A DNA stretch of 64,000 nt from contig JAOBWO010000169.1 in assembly GCA_025463415.1 (NCBI GenBank), forward strand, positions 9,894 through 73,893, written 5' to 3'. Under the pieces are notes generated by a model. It had not been told where the DNA came from, did not search any database, and was given only the letters and a program-made list of their open reading frames with translations. This document shows, piece by piece, positions 43,270 to 51,969 of the stretch. This DNA is from Acidimicrobiales bacterium. Lineage in GTDB: Bacteria; Actinomycetota; Acidimicrobiia; Acidimicrobiales; Ilumatobacteraceae. Position 1 is the first letter of the stretch; every line of letters starts with the position of its first letter. The position numbers were made by a program, and so were the translations under genes.

Positions 43270-45053
43270 GGTGTTGCCAACACCTCGACCTCGGCGACGC
43301 CACCGCAGTCCGGAGAGTCGTGGCCGAGGAAGATGATCTCGACGTAGTGGCCGACGATGTTCGGCAAGGACAGCACGCCGACCTCGTCACCGTCGAGGGT
43401 GAACCGCTGCTCGAAGATCGGTGCGTAGTTGGCGTCGCCGATCCGGATGATCACCGAGCCGAACCCGTACCCCGAGCGCACCGAGCGGTCGGCGTTCTGC
43501 TGGTTGCCGACGATGCGGACTCCACTGATCAGGCGGTCCGCCGCGTCGGGAGGCAACCCCCACAGCAAGGACGAGCACGGGGTCGCTTGATCGCTCGAGC
43601 AGACGGTGTCGCTGTCACCGGCGGAGAACCAAGACGTGGCGGGATCGCCGTCGAAGGCGAGCGCAACGGGAAACTGACCACCGGGGTACTCGGTGGATGC
43701 GATCTCGTTGCCCTGTGCCGCGATGTCGACGAGCCCTGCGGGGATGGGTGGGAGCACGGTGGGCGCCGCCCCAATCGATCCGGTGGTGACGGTGTTCGTC
43801 GGCACCGTGTCCACGGGTGCTGTCGTCACGGGCACGGTCGTCTCCGGCACCGTGGTCGCCGGCACGGTGGTCGCGATGCTCGTCGTCGCAGCGACGGTCG
43901 TAGTCGGCTCGGCGATGGTCGTCGCCACGGCGGTCGGGGGCACCGCTGTCGTCTCGACCGTGGTCGCAGGGACGGTGGAATCGGGCACGCTCGACCCCGG
44001 CACTTGGACGTCGGGACCGCCGGTGGCTCCCGTCGGTCGGTCGATGGTGCCGCCGTTGGGATCGGTCAGCACGAGCGTGTCCACCGGTGCGGGCGCGGGT
44101 GTCACCGTTTGGGTGTTGGCGGGATCGAAGGCCGGCCACTGGGTCCCCGTGTAGACGGGCGGTCCGTCAACCGGCTTCGCCGGCGCGAGTGGGTTGCCAC
44201 ACTTGCAACGAGCTCTCGGCACGCCGAACTGATCGACGAACACCGCCGTGCCGGCCTGGAGCACGACCTGACGGCTGGTCGCGTTGCCGTCCTTGAACCC
44301 GAAGTTCGTCAAACGGGTGTCGGCGCGCAGCAGCACGGGTGTGAGCTGACCGACGTAATCACGGATCTGGCCGACCTCGATGCCTTGTGCTCCGGCCCAC
44401 GCCTTGGCCTTCGCAGGTGTCTCTTCGAGGTAGGAGATCAGCTGCTCGGCGTTGCAGACCTTGTCGTCGCGGGTGCCGCCGTACAGACCCGGTCGGTTGC
44501 CGGGAACGGTCTCGACCGCGGGCGGCTGACCGCCTCCGCCGCCGACCGGACCACCCAGTCCCCCGCCCGACCCGAACGTGGTCAGCGGGGAGGACGTCGC
44601 GAGCGGCAACGTCGTCAGCGGGAGCGTCGCCAATGGGACGGTCGTCGAGCCGAGCACGGTCGAGTTGCTGGATGTCGAGGACGGATCGACCACCGTGGTC
44701 GACCCTCCGCTCGTCGACGATCCGCTCTTCGACGTCGGGAGCACGGTGGTCGTCGTGGAGCTGCTCGGCGGTGAGCTCGTCGAAGTCGTGGCCGCAGCCG
44801 GGTTGGTGGTCACGACGGGCGGGGTGAACGGCGTCGGTCCGACCTCGTCCGCGGGCTCGGTGAAGACCTCCCCGGCATTGGCCTTCTTGTCGTCACCGCT
44901 CGTGACGACGACGCCCACCGCGACAACGACGAGCACGGCACCCACGATCGCCGGCAGCCAGCGCTTCGCGCCCTTGCTCCGCACGGCTGGGTTGTCGGGC
45001 ACCGGCGCAGCGGCAGGCTCCGATGGAAGTTCCGGTGGTGGGAAGTCGCTCAT
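43266..45053 (-). CDS. 595-aa single-pass membrane protein with Cys-containing central domain and C-terminal discoidin/galactose-binding-like domain
   Basis: Domains in order:
- N-terminus MSDFPPPELPSEPAAAP...
- TM WLPAIVGAVLVVVAVGVVV
- S/T-rich linker
- GLYGGTRDDKVCNAEQLISYLEETPAKAKAWAGAQGI (resembles what I remember as DUF6777; unverified)
- T/P/V linker
- C-terminal ...ALAFDGDPATSWFSAG...ISGVRIVGN...HYVEIIFLG...AEVEVLA
ATGA overlap at both ends. Confidence 0.8.
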   Translation of the reverse strand: MSDFPPPELPSEPAAAPVPDNPAVRSKGAKRWLPAIVGAVLVVVAVGVVVTSGDDKKANAGEVFTEPADEVGPTPFTPPVVTTNPAAATTSTSSPPSSSTTTTVLPTSKSGSSTSGGSTTVVDPSSTSSNSTVLGSTTVPLATLPLTTLPLATSSPLTTFGSGGGLGGPVGGGGGQPPAVETVPGNRPGLYGGTRDDKVCNAEQLISYLEETPAKAKAWAGAQGIEVGQIRDYVGQLTPVLLRADTRLTNFGFKDGNATSRQVVLQAGTAVFVDQFGVPRARCKCGNPLAPAKPVDGPPVYTGTQWPAFDPANTQTVTPAPAPVDTLVLTDPNGGTIDRPTGATGGPDVQVPGSSVPDSTVPATTVETTAVPPTAVATTIAEPTTTVAATTSIATTVPATTVPETTVPVTTAPVDTVPTNTVTTGSIGAAPTVLPPIPAGLVDIAAQGNEIASTEYPGGQFPVALAFDGDPATSWFSAGDSDTVCSSDQATPCSSLLWGLPPDAADRLISGVRIVGNQQNADRSVRSGYGFGSVIIRIGDANYAPIFEQRFTLDGDEVGVLSLPNIVGHYVEIIFLGHDSPDCGGVAEVEVLATP

Positions 45054-45739
45054 CGTGGGCCTCTCGTGAGAAGGGATCCGACCTGTTGGGCGATGAACGG
45101 CAGCGCGGCACCCGCGGCGACACCAATCAGCACGACGGGTCTCGTCGGCGCCGCGACCGCGAACTGCTGGACGAGTCCGACGGCTCCGAGACCACCGAGC
45201 GCACCGAGCGCGGTGGGCGCCTTCGGGAACCCGTGCCCTCTCCGGCTGGCGGTCATCGCGACGGCGCCGAGGCCGGCACCGGTCGCGGCGAGCAGGACCC
45301 ATCCTGCGACCGACGAGAACGGACTGCCGGTGATCTGGATCAGCGCGCTGCCGGTGCACGGCGAGGACCCGCCGCTGACGACGTGAACGGCGTACAGCCC
45401 GACCCCGAACCGCGAGTAGTCACCGACAGAGACCTCCTTGGTCCAGCTCGTGCCGTCTGCGTCGCCCTCGCTCACCGTCCAGTTGATGCCGGCGAACCCG
45501 AGCTGGATCTCGTAGTGGCCGATGGGCTCCGCCGATGTGACGGCGATGTCGAGCACGTCATGCGGGCCGACGCGGATCGCATCGTCCGGGTCCGACGCCG
45601 ACCGGGTGGACACGTCGATGCCGTTGGCCGACCCCGTGCAGGGACCCGACGAGGTGGCGGCGGCCGGCGCCGCGCCGGGCAGGGCAAAGGCGACTGCAGC
45701 GATCGTCGCGACTGCGATCGACGTGGCGCGCCGCCTCAC
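45050..45739 (-). CDS. 229-aa secreted/3-TM membrane protein, unknown family
   Basis: GTG start at 45737-45739 overlaps the upstream stop. It has a signal VRRRATSIAVATIAAVAFALPGAAPAAA. A ~110-aa domain is bracketed by GPCTGSA and SPCTGSA. Three Gly/Ala-rich hydrophobic segments follow. Confidence 0.7.
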   Translation of the reverse strand: MRRRATSIAVATIAAVAFALPGAAPAAATSSGPCTGSANGIDVSTRSASDPDDAIRVGPHDVLDIAVTSAEPIGHYEIQLGFAGINWTVSEGDADGTSWTKEVSVGDYSRFGVGLYAVHVVSGGSSPCTGSALIQITGSPFSSVAGWVLLAATGAGLGAVAMTASRRGHGFPKAPTALGALGGLGAVGLVQQFAVAAPTRPVVLIGVAAGAALPFIAQQVGSLLTRGPR

Positions 45740-46044
45740 GGCTCGACCGAATCGGCGAGCAACGAACGCACGGCCTGCTTCCATCGCGCCACATCCGTGC
45801 CGCGGACCGCACCAGGGCACTCGCTGAGCGTGATCCCGTCGTACCGCACCCACCGGCCCGCGTCGAGGTCGAGCAGCAGTGCCTCTCCGTGCCTGCACAC
45901 GAGCCCGAAGTGGAAGAGCGCGTGCCGGAGCTCGTCGTCGGAGAGCAACCCCGCCTGGTGATCGGCGAGGGCTTCGTGGCACGAGGCGAGTGCTTCCGCG
46001 AGAGTTGCCTCGCCGCGCGTGCCGGGTTCGGTGCTGTTGTCCAC
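45736..46044 (-). CDS. 102-aa cytoplasmic protein, unknown family
   Basis: MDNSTEPGTRGEATLAEALASCHEALADHQAGLLSDDELRHALFHFGLVCRHGEALLLDLDAGRWVRYDG... has protein-like composition and G/C-rich third positions. It is translationally coupled to the next gene. Confidence 0.6.
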   Translation of the reverse strand: MDNSTEPGTRGEATLAEALASCHEALADHQAGLLSDDELRHALFHFGLVCRHGEALLLDLDAGRWVRYDGITLSECPGAVRGTDVARWKQAVRSLLADSVEP

Positions 46045-46078
46045 GGCATGAGCGTGAACTCGGCCTGCAAGCGAAGCG

Positions 46079-49000
46079 TCAGCGGGCTTCGACCCGCTCC
46101 ACCAGTTGGGCCAAACCGGGCGCGAGCGGCAGGTCCAACTCGGCCAGCGCGGAGCGACACCGGTTCAGCGCACGACGGGCCGCGTCGAGGTCGTCGAGGC
46201 CGACGAGCGTTGCGATGACGACGCGATGCAGCCCTTCGGACCAGGGCTCCAGCTGCAATCCGCGTTCGGCGATCTCCAACGCGCGGGCGTCGTGCCCGGC
46301 GGCAGCGAGCAGCTCGGCGGCGCGCACGACCGCGACGACGTAGCGCTCCTCCAGCCGACGGATCTGCGTGCCGGCCCAGTCGAGCTCGGCGAGATCGGCC
46401 AGCGGCTCGCCCCGCCACAGGTCGATCGCGACCAGCAGGTGCTCCAGCTCGACCGATGGGATGGCGGCCTGCCGCGCGTCAGCGGCACGGTCGATCGCGT
46501 CGTCGAACTCCCACATGTCGACCGCGAGGTGCTCACCGCCCTCGAGCACGAGGGCTCCCGATTCCTGGCGCACGAACCAGGGCGCGTCGCCCTTCGAACG
46601 TTGCGGCTCCAGCAGCGCCTGGACGTAGCTCAGCGTCATCCGCAAGTTCGCCGAGACGGAGGCTTCGTCGCCATCCGGCCACATCATCAGGCCCGCACGC
46701 TGGCGGCGGACGCGACGGAAGACCGCCAGCGATGCGAGCAACTGGCGGACGCGCACCCGCCGCCAGTTCACGTCCTCGATCACCACTCCGTCGCGCAGGA
46801 GCCGCGGCGGGCCGAGGACCTCGATCCGAACGAGGTGGGCGGGTGGGATCGGCAGCTTCGACAACAAGGTCGTCGCGGTGGACGCCAATGCAGGCTGCTT
46901 CGATCGAACGAGATCGCGCAGCGCACGACGCGTCGCCTCCGGGGCGCAGTCGATCAAGGCCGCGATGCACCGGTCGGAGTCGGCCCCGGGCCGGCCGAGC
47001 CGGACGACGCACTCGACGGCGAGCGGCACACCGAACGCGGCGATCACGACCGGGATCTCGTCGAGCAGCGCCGGGCGCGGGATCGTGTCGATGGTTCCGG
47101 CGCGGCTCGCCAGCAGGGCGCGGGCGAGATCGAGGACGCGCTGCCGAGAGATCCCGCTGGGCACAGCGTCGAGGAGCGCCCGACTGGGGCCGTGGAACAG
47201 GTACGGATGAGCCGGGTACCACCGGACCGCCATCCCGGCACCGACGGGCGTCAGATCGTCGTCCAAGGCATCGGCCAACGCCATCGTTGCGGCGTCCTCG
47301 TCGTGGTCGGCGAGGGCAATCGCCGCAGCCGCGAGGGCACGGAACCCGTCGATCATCCCGCGCCGCGCCGATGGCCTCCGCAGCTCGTCGATCGCGCCGA
47401 GGGCCGCCGCCGCAGTCGCGACGTGGCCGCGGTTGGCCGCGCCGATCGCACCGACGGCGAGGTGCGGCACACGTTCGGACAGCCCGAAGCGCGGTCCGAG
47501 GTCGTTGATCGGCGCCGCCGTGACCGCTGGGAGATCTCCACACGCGAGAGCCACGAACGCCGGCGCGCAGGTGGCCCAGCCGGTCGCGAAGGCGGGCACG
47601 ACGGGGCCACCCAGCTCGGCGAGACGAACTGCGACCTCGCGCGCAGCATCCGCGCGACCGAGGCCCAAGAGCGCGGCGAACCGATAGAAGGCGGGGAAGT
47701 GACGCAGCCGCGGCTCCAACTCGGGCTCGATGTCGGTCATCTCCAGCACATCTTCGAACCGACCCTCCGCATAGGCCCGCCAGACGTCGTTGAGCAACAC
47801 CGTCGCATGGACCGGAACGCCGGCGTCGATCAGCGTGACCCCCCTCGCCCGCGCCATCACCATCCAGTCACGGTCATCGCAGACCACGGCCACCGAGCAG
47901 GCGCGGACCAACGCGGCGACCTCGCTGGCGATGTCGCCACGTGCCGCGAACCCGGTGCAGGCGCTCGAGAACTCCTCGACCACCGACGGCATCCACGTGT
48001 CTCGCGAGCGGTCGATCATCGCGCGCAGGTAGGCCACCTCCGGAGCCTGATCGACACCGGCGGGCAGCAGACCACGCCAGCGCTCCATCACGTCCGCCCA
48101 CGGGGGCGTGGCCTGATCGTTGCACGCGTCGAAGAGCACGGGAAGCGCTGCGTCCCAGTCCTGCGCAGCCGCGAGCAGCTCGAAGGCCGCGACGTTGGCG
48201 CCCTGCTCGCGGAGCGCACGTGCCGCGGCGCGTCGTGCCGACGCGACCTCCTCATCCGTCAATCGCCCGCGCAGCAGATCACTCCACAGCGAGTGCGGCC
48301 TGATCGTCCCGCTCCGATCGACCGACACGAGAGGCAGCGCCGAGAGCTGCTCGCTGTCCACAGTGCCCCCGCAGACCGTGGCGATCGTCGCCGCGCTCCC
48401 GCCGCCGATCGCGACGATCAGCGCGAACTGACGCTGCGCTTCGGGAGGCAACGCGGCGAGCACCTCCTCCGACACGAAGGCAGCTGCGACACCCTCCCCT
48501 GCAACTGCAGTCAGCTCGACCAGCGCCGGCCACCCACCGATGCCGCCCAGGCCTCCGGCATCGATCCCGTGTTCCGATGCGAGCAAGGCGAGCTCGCCGT
48601 CATCCAGGCGGAGATCGTCCTCGTCGATGGAGTCGCATCGTCCGACCGCACGGAGCCGCGACGTGGGCATCGCCACTGCGCGGCGCGAGGTGACGACGAG
48701 ATGACCGTTCGCCGGCAACCGCTCGACCAACTCGGCCAGCACGTGTTCGCCGGCCGAGCCTGCGCTGAGCGCGTGCGCGTCATCGACGGTGAAGCACACC
48801 TGGACGGGTGCGGCCGACCACACCGCCGCGCAGAGCGTGTCGATCGAGCCCTCCGTCTCACCGACCGGCACACCCAGCCCCGCCAGCAGCCCGGCCAGGA
48901 GCGTGGAGGCCGACGCGTCCTCGGGCTGGCAGCCGAGGTAGACATCGCGGCCGCGTGGGTCCAGCGCGTTCTCGGCGATCGCCTGCGCGACGAGCGTCGT

Positions 49001-49135
49001 CTTCCCGAATCCTGCGCCGGCGCTCACCACGATGAGGCGTCGATCGAACCGGGCCGCGAGACGCCCGTGGAGTCGAGGCCGGATGAAGGCTCGCGGCGCG
49101 ACCGGAGGTGGCCAGGATCGAAAGGGTCGCTCCAC
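46079..49135 (-). CDS. STAND-type P-loop ATPase regulator with C-terminal SARP module (winged helix + BTAD)
   Basis: Walker A LIVVSAGAGFGKTTLV lies near the N-terminus, followed by a long helical/TPR-like middle. The C-terminus is VRIEVLGPPRLLRDGVVIEDVNWRRVRVRQLLASLAVFRRVRRQRAGLMMWPDGDE...LRMTLSYVQALL, then DMWEFDDAI...LLVAIDLWRGEPLADL...WAGTQIRRLEERY...LQLEPWSEGLHRVVIATL (BTAD). The start is uncertain (GTG 49135 chosen; the track ORF reaches 49501). Confidence 0.8.
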   Translation of the reverse strand: MERPFRSWPPPVAPRAFIRPRLHGRLAARFDRRLIVVSAGAGFGKTTLVAQAIAENALDPRGRDVYLGCQPEDASASTLLAGLLAGLGVPVGETEGSIDTLCAAVWSAAPVQVCFTVDDAHALSAGSAGEHVLAELVERLPANGHLVVTSRRAVAMPTSRLRAVGRCDSIDEDDLRLDDGELALLASEHGIDAGGLGGIGGWPALVELTAVAGEGVAAAFVSEEVLAALPPEAQRQFALIVAIGGGSAATIATVCGGTVDSEQLSALPLVSVDRSGTIRPHSLWSDLLRGRLTDEEVASARRAAARALREQGANVAAFELLAAAQDWDAALPVLFDACNDQATPPWADVMERWRGLLPAGVDQAPEVAYLRAMIDRSRDTWMPSVVEEFSSACTGFAARGDIASEVAALVRACSVAVVCDDRDWMVMARARGVTLIDAGVPVHATVLLNDVWRAYAEGRFEDVLEMTDIEPELEPRLRHFPAFYRFAALLGLGRADAAREVAVRLAELGGPVVPAFATGWATCAPAFVALACGDLPAVTAAPINDLGPRFGLSERVPHLAVGAIGAANRGHVATAAAALGAIDELRRPSARRGMIDGFRALAAAAIALADHDEDAATMALADALDDDLTPVGAGMAVRWYPAHPYLFHGPSRALLDAVPSGISRQRVLDLARALLASRAGTIDTIPRPALLDEIPVVIAAFGVPLAVECVVRLGRPGADSDRCIAALIDCAPEATRRALRDLVRSKQPALASTATTLLSKLPIPPAHLVRIEVLGPPRLLRDGVVIEDVNWRRVRVRQLLASLAVFRRVRRQRAGLMMWPDGDEASVSANLRMTLSYVQALLEPQRSKGDAPWFVRQESGALVLEGGEHLAVDMWEFDDAIDRAADARQAAIPSVELEHLLVAIDLWRGEPLADLAELDWAGTQIRRLEERYVVAVVRAAELLAAAGHDARALEIAERGLQLEPWSEGLHRVVIATLVGLDDLDAARRALNRCRSALAELDLPLAPGLAQLVERVEAR

Positions 49136-49250
49136 GCGCGGCGATGCTAACCCCGTTGGATCGGGGCCTGGACCGGACCGCGTCGTCGTGGACAGGGGCG
49201 GAACCCGACCGTCGGACTCCCGTCGCACCCGGACCGCTACCGTCGTGGGC

Positions 49251-49910
49251 GTGAGTGATGCGACGCACCTGAGCCGGACCCAGGCCACGTACGACGCCGT
49301 CGCGGAGGTGTACGCAGAACGAATCGGCGGCGAGCTGGCGGACAAGCCGCTGGACCGTGGTCTGCTCCAGGCGTTCGCGGATCTGGTCGCCGAGGGCGGC
49401 GGCGGCCGCGTGGCCGACATCGGTTGCGGACCGGGCCACGTCACCGCCCACCTCGCCGGGCTCGGCATGGATGCCTTCGGGATCGACCTCTCCCCCGGCA
49501 TGTTGGCGGTCGCCCGAGCGAGCCATCCCCAGCTGCGGTTCGAGCAGGGCTCGATGCTCGACCTCCCGCTCGCCGATGCTCACCTCGCGGGCATCGTCGC
49601 GCTGTACTCGATCATCCACATGCCGGCGGACCGACTGCCAACAGTCTTCGCCGAGTTCGCTCGGGTGCTGGCCCCCGGCGGGCACCTGCTGCTGGCGTTC
49701 CAGGCCGGCGACGACGACCACACGCATCTCACCCGGGCCTTCGACCAAGCAGTGGACATCGACGCCTATCGCTGGTCACCCGAGCACATCGCCGAACGCC
49801 TCGTGGACGCCGGGCTGCACGTGACGATGCAGATGGTCCGCGATCCGGGAGCGCAGGAGTCCGCTCGGCGCGCCTACCTCATGGCTCGCGTGCCCGAGGA
49901 CGCGCGATGA
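49251..49910 (+). CDS. class I SAM-dependent methyltransferase
   Basis: RVADIGCGPGHVTAHL...GIDLSPGML...IVALYSIIHM...LAPGGHLLLAF. GTG start at 49251. Confidence 0.85.
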   Translation: MSDATHLSRTQATYDAVAEVYAERIGGELADKPLDRGLLQAFADLVAEGGGGRVADIGCGPGHVTAHLAGLGMDAFGIDLSPGMLAVARASHPQLRFEQGSMLDLPLADAHLAGIVALYSIIHMPADRLPTVFAEFARVLAPGGHLLLAFQAGDDDHTHLTRAFDQAVDIDAYRWSPEHIAERLVDAGLHVTMQMVRDPGAQESARRAYLMARVPEDAR

Positions 49911-50458
49911 GCGACGACGAGGATCGCGACGGGTTGATCGTCCTCCGCGCGAGCGCGGGGCGATGGGTCTGGACCCTCATCGGAAGCCTCGCGTTCGCGA
50001 TGTTCGGCGGGGCGATGATCCTCAGCGGGCGCACGGGTGCGGTGGCCAAGGGCATCGGTGTCGTCCTGCTCGCGCTGTTCGGGTTCTGCGCCGTCGTCGC
50101 GCTGCGTGAGATGCGCGCGCCAGGGTCGCTGATGCTGAGCCGTCACCAGATGAACATCGTCAGCCGCGGTCGACTCACCACCTTCGCGCTGGCCGAGTGC
50201 AGCCGATTCTCGACGTGGCGCAACCCGAGCCGAGGCAGCACCCACGTCGTGTTCGATTACGCGGGCGACCCGGACACCGAGGTGAGCCGCACCAATCGCA
50301 GGTTGATGGGCGGTTCGCGCTCGCTCCACGAGAGCTACGGCGTGTCCACCGAGTCGTTGGTCGATCTGCTGAACGAGGCCCGCACGGCCGGTCTGTCCGG
50401 TGACGGGGACGAGGCGCTCGGGACGGACGATCTGGACGAGACGGACGATCTCGACTGA
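49907..50458 (+). CDS. two-TM membrane protein with acidic C-terminal tail, unknown function
   Basis: ATGA overlap with the methyltransferase. TM segments are WVWTLIGSLAFAMFGGAMIL and GIGVVLLALFGFCAVVAL. The tail is ...GDGDEALGTDDLDETDDLD. Confidence 0.65.
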   Translation: MSDDEDRDGLIVLRASAGRWVWTLIGSLAFAMFGGAMILSGRTGAVAKGIGVVLLALFGFCAVVALREMRAPGSLMLSRHQMNIVSRGRLTTFALAECSRFSTWRNPSRGSTHVVFDYAGDPDTEVSRTNRRLMGGSRSLHESYGVSTESLVDLLNEARTAGLSGDGDEALGTDDLDETDDLD

Positions 50459-51178
50459 TCAGGCGTCGACGACCTCGAGCCGGATCCGCTTGTTGCCCTT
50501 GCCCTTGCTCTCGGTCTTGAGGACCCGGATCCGGCCGACCTCGGAGGTGCGGCGCACGTGGGTGCCGCCGTCGGCCTGCTTGTCGAGCCCGACGATGTCG
50601 ACCACGCGGATCTCCGGCACGGACTCGGGGATCAGGCTGACCTTGGTGCGGATCAGGTCCTCGTCCTGCGCGGCGGTGTCGCGGGGCAGGAACTCCACCG
50701 CGATCGGGTGGTCGGCCGCCAGCGCAGCGTTGACGAGCGCCTCCACCGTCGGGCCGAAGTCCGGCGGCAACGGGTCGAACTCGAAGTCCATGCGTGCGCT
50801 CAGCGGCTCCATGTTTCCGCCGGTCACCGGCACCCGCCACTCGTTCCAGATGACGCCGCACAGGACGTGCAGTGCGGTGTGCGTGCGCATCAGAGCGTGT
50901 CGTCGGGTCCACTCGATCGTGCCCTCGACGGTTCCCCCGACGCTGAGGCCCGCGATGCCCTCGCCGGCGACGGTGTGCCAGACGAGATCGCCCTCGGCAT
51001 CCTTGCGCACGTCGACGACGTCCATGCCGGCGAGCGTGCCGACATCGTGCGGTTGCCCGCCGCCGGTGGGGTAGAACGCGGTGCGATCCAGCGCGATGGC
51101 ATCCGAACGCAGGTCGACGACCGTCGCGCTGAACGTCTGCAGGTACGCATCAGCGAGGTAGAGCAGCTCGGTCTTCAC
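50459..51178 (-). CDS. AlaX-M-like alanyl-tRNA editing protein (Thr/Ala-tRNA synthetase SAD family)
   Basis: TAFYPTGGGQPHDVG, MRTHTALHVLCGV (HxxxH) and ...DKQADGGTHVRRTSEVGRIRVLKTESKGKGNKRI. GTG start. Confidence 0.8.
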   Translation of the reverse strand: MKTELLYLADAYLQTFSATVVDLRSDAIALDRTAFYPTGGGQPHDVGTLAGMDVVDVRKDAEGDLVWHTVAGEGIAGLSVGGTVEGTIEWTRRHALMRTHTALHVLCGVIWNEWRVPVTGGNMEPLSARMDFEFDPLPPDFGPTVEALVNAALAADHPIAVEFLPRDTAAQDEDLIRTKVSLIPESVPEIRVVDIVGLDKQADGGTHVRRTSEVGRIRVLKTESKGKGNKRIRLEVVDA

Positions 51179-51187
51179 GGAAACCTC

Positions 51188-51865
51188 TCAGTTGTTGCGG
51201 CAGTCCGCGCAGAGCCCGTCGACCAGCACGTACGGCGACCAGACCAGGCCGCAGCTCCCGGCGCAGAGCACCGGGGGGATCACCTTGGGGCGTGGGTTGG
51301 CGGACGGCCGTGGTGCTCGCGGCGCCCTGGGCGCTGACGGAGTGCGGGTGGACGCGGCTCTGGACGCCCGCACGGTGCCGGCTCGCGGTGTCAGCGACAG
51401 GGCGGCGGTGCCGACGTGGTTCCACCACCAGTCGCGGTTGTACAGCTCGACCATGCGAACCGGCCGCTCGATCGACTTGAGCTGGTCGCGCATCCAGACC
51501 GCGTCGCGGTCCAACCAGCCCAGCCAGTCGACCCTGCGGGTGTGCTGGTAGTGAGCGATCTGCGCCTCGGCCGAGTACTCGTAACCGCCGCTCACCAGGC
51601 CGAGCCACACCTCGTGACGGGCCGGATTCGGCGACACCACGAGGTCGCCGAGCGTGATGTCGTTCGCGAACCACTGCGCGATCGCCCGCAGTGACGCGAC
51701 CTGCCCGGGATGCCCTTCGACCGTGATCAGCTTCTCGATCTCCTCCGGCGACATCTGGCGGACGTCGGTCAAGGTCTCCAGGCGGAGTCCGATCAGCCCA
51801 GCGATCCGCATGGGGTCGATGACCTCGGCCTGCTCACCCGCTCTGATCAACCACACCCGCCGCAT
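51188..51865 (-). CDS. hypothetical protein with C-terminal Cys4 cluster
   Basis: Start MRRVWLIRAGEQ (ATG 51863-51865). A basic P/A/R-rich linker leads to LCAGSCGLVWSPYVLVDGLCADC. The N-terminal domain loosely recalls domains found at the N-termini of Mrr-type proteins, but this is not verified. Confidence 0.55.
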   Translation of the reverse strand: MRRVWLIRAGEQAEVIDPMRIAGLIGLRLETLTDVRQMSPEEIEKLITVEGHPGQVASLRAIAQWFANDITLGDLVVSPNPARHEVWLGLVSGGYEYSAEAQIAHYQHTRRVDWLGWLDRDAVWMRDQLKSIERPVRMVELYNRDWWWNHVGTAALSLTPRAGTVRASRAASTRTPSAPRAPRAPRPSANPRPKVIPPVLCAGSCGLVWSPYVLVDGLCADCRNN

Positions 51866-51969
51866 GACCGCCACCGTAGCGGTGGCGCACGACGATCCGC
51901 GGCAGCGCTCGTGTCGCTGCACCGAGTTCGCCTAACGTCCGCAGCACTCAGACTGCACGGGGGAATGAC

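Noticed and set aside
49136-49501. Extra 122 N-terminal residues of the STAND regulator ORF, and the 49032-49250 / 49424-49906 extensions of the two plus-strand ORFs.
   Set aside because: The extensions overlap the divergent neighbour or the preceding gene and are Pro/Arg/Ser-rich. Internal GTG/ATG starts (49135, 49251, 49907) give proteins that begin at the conserved domain, and two of them create typical ATGA-type coupling.
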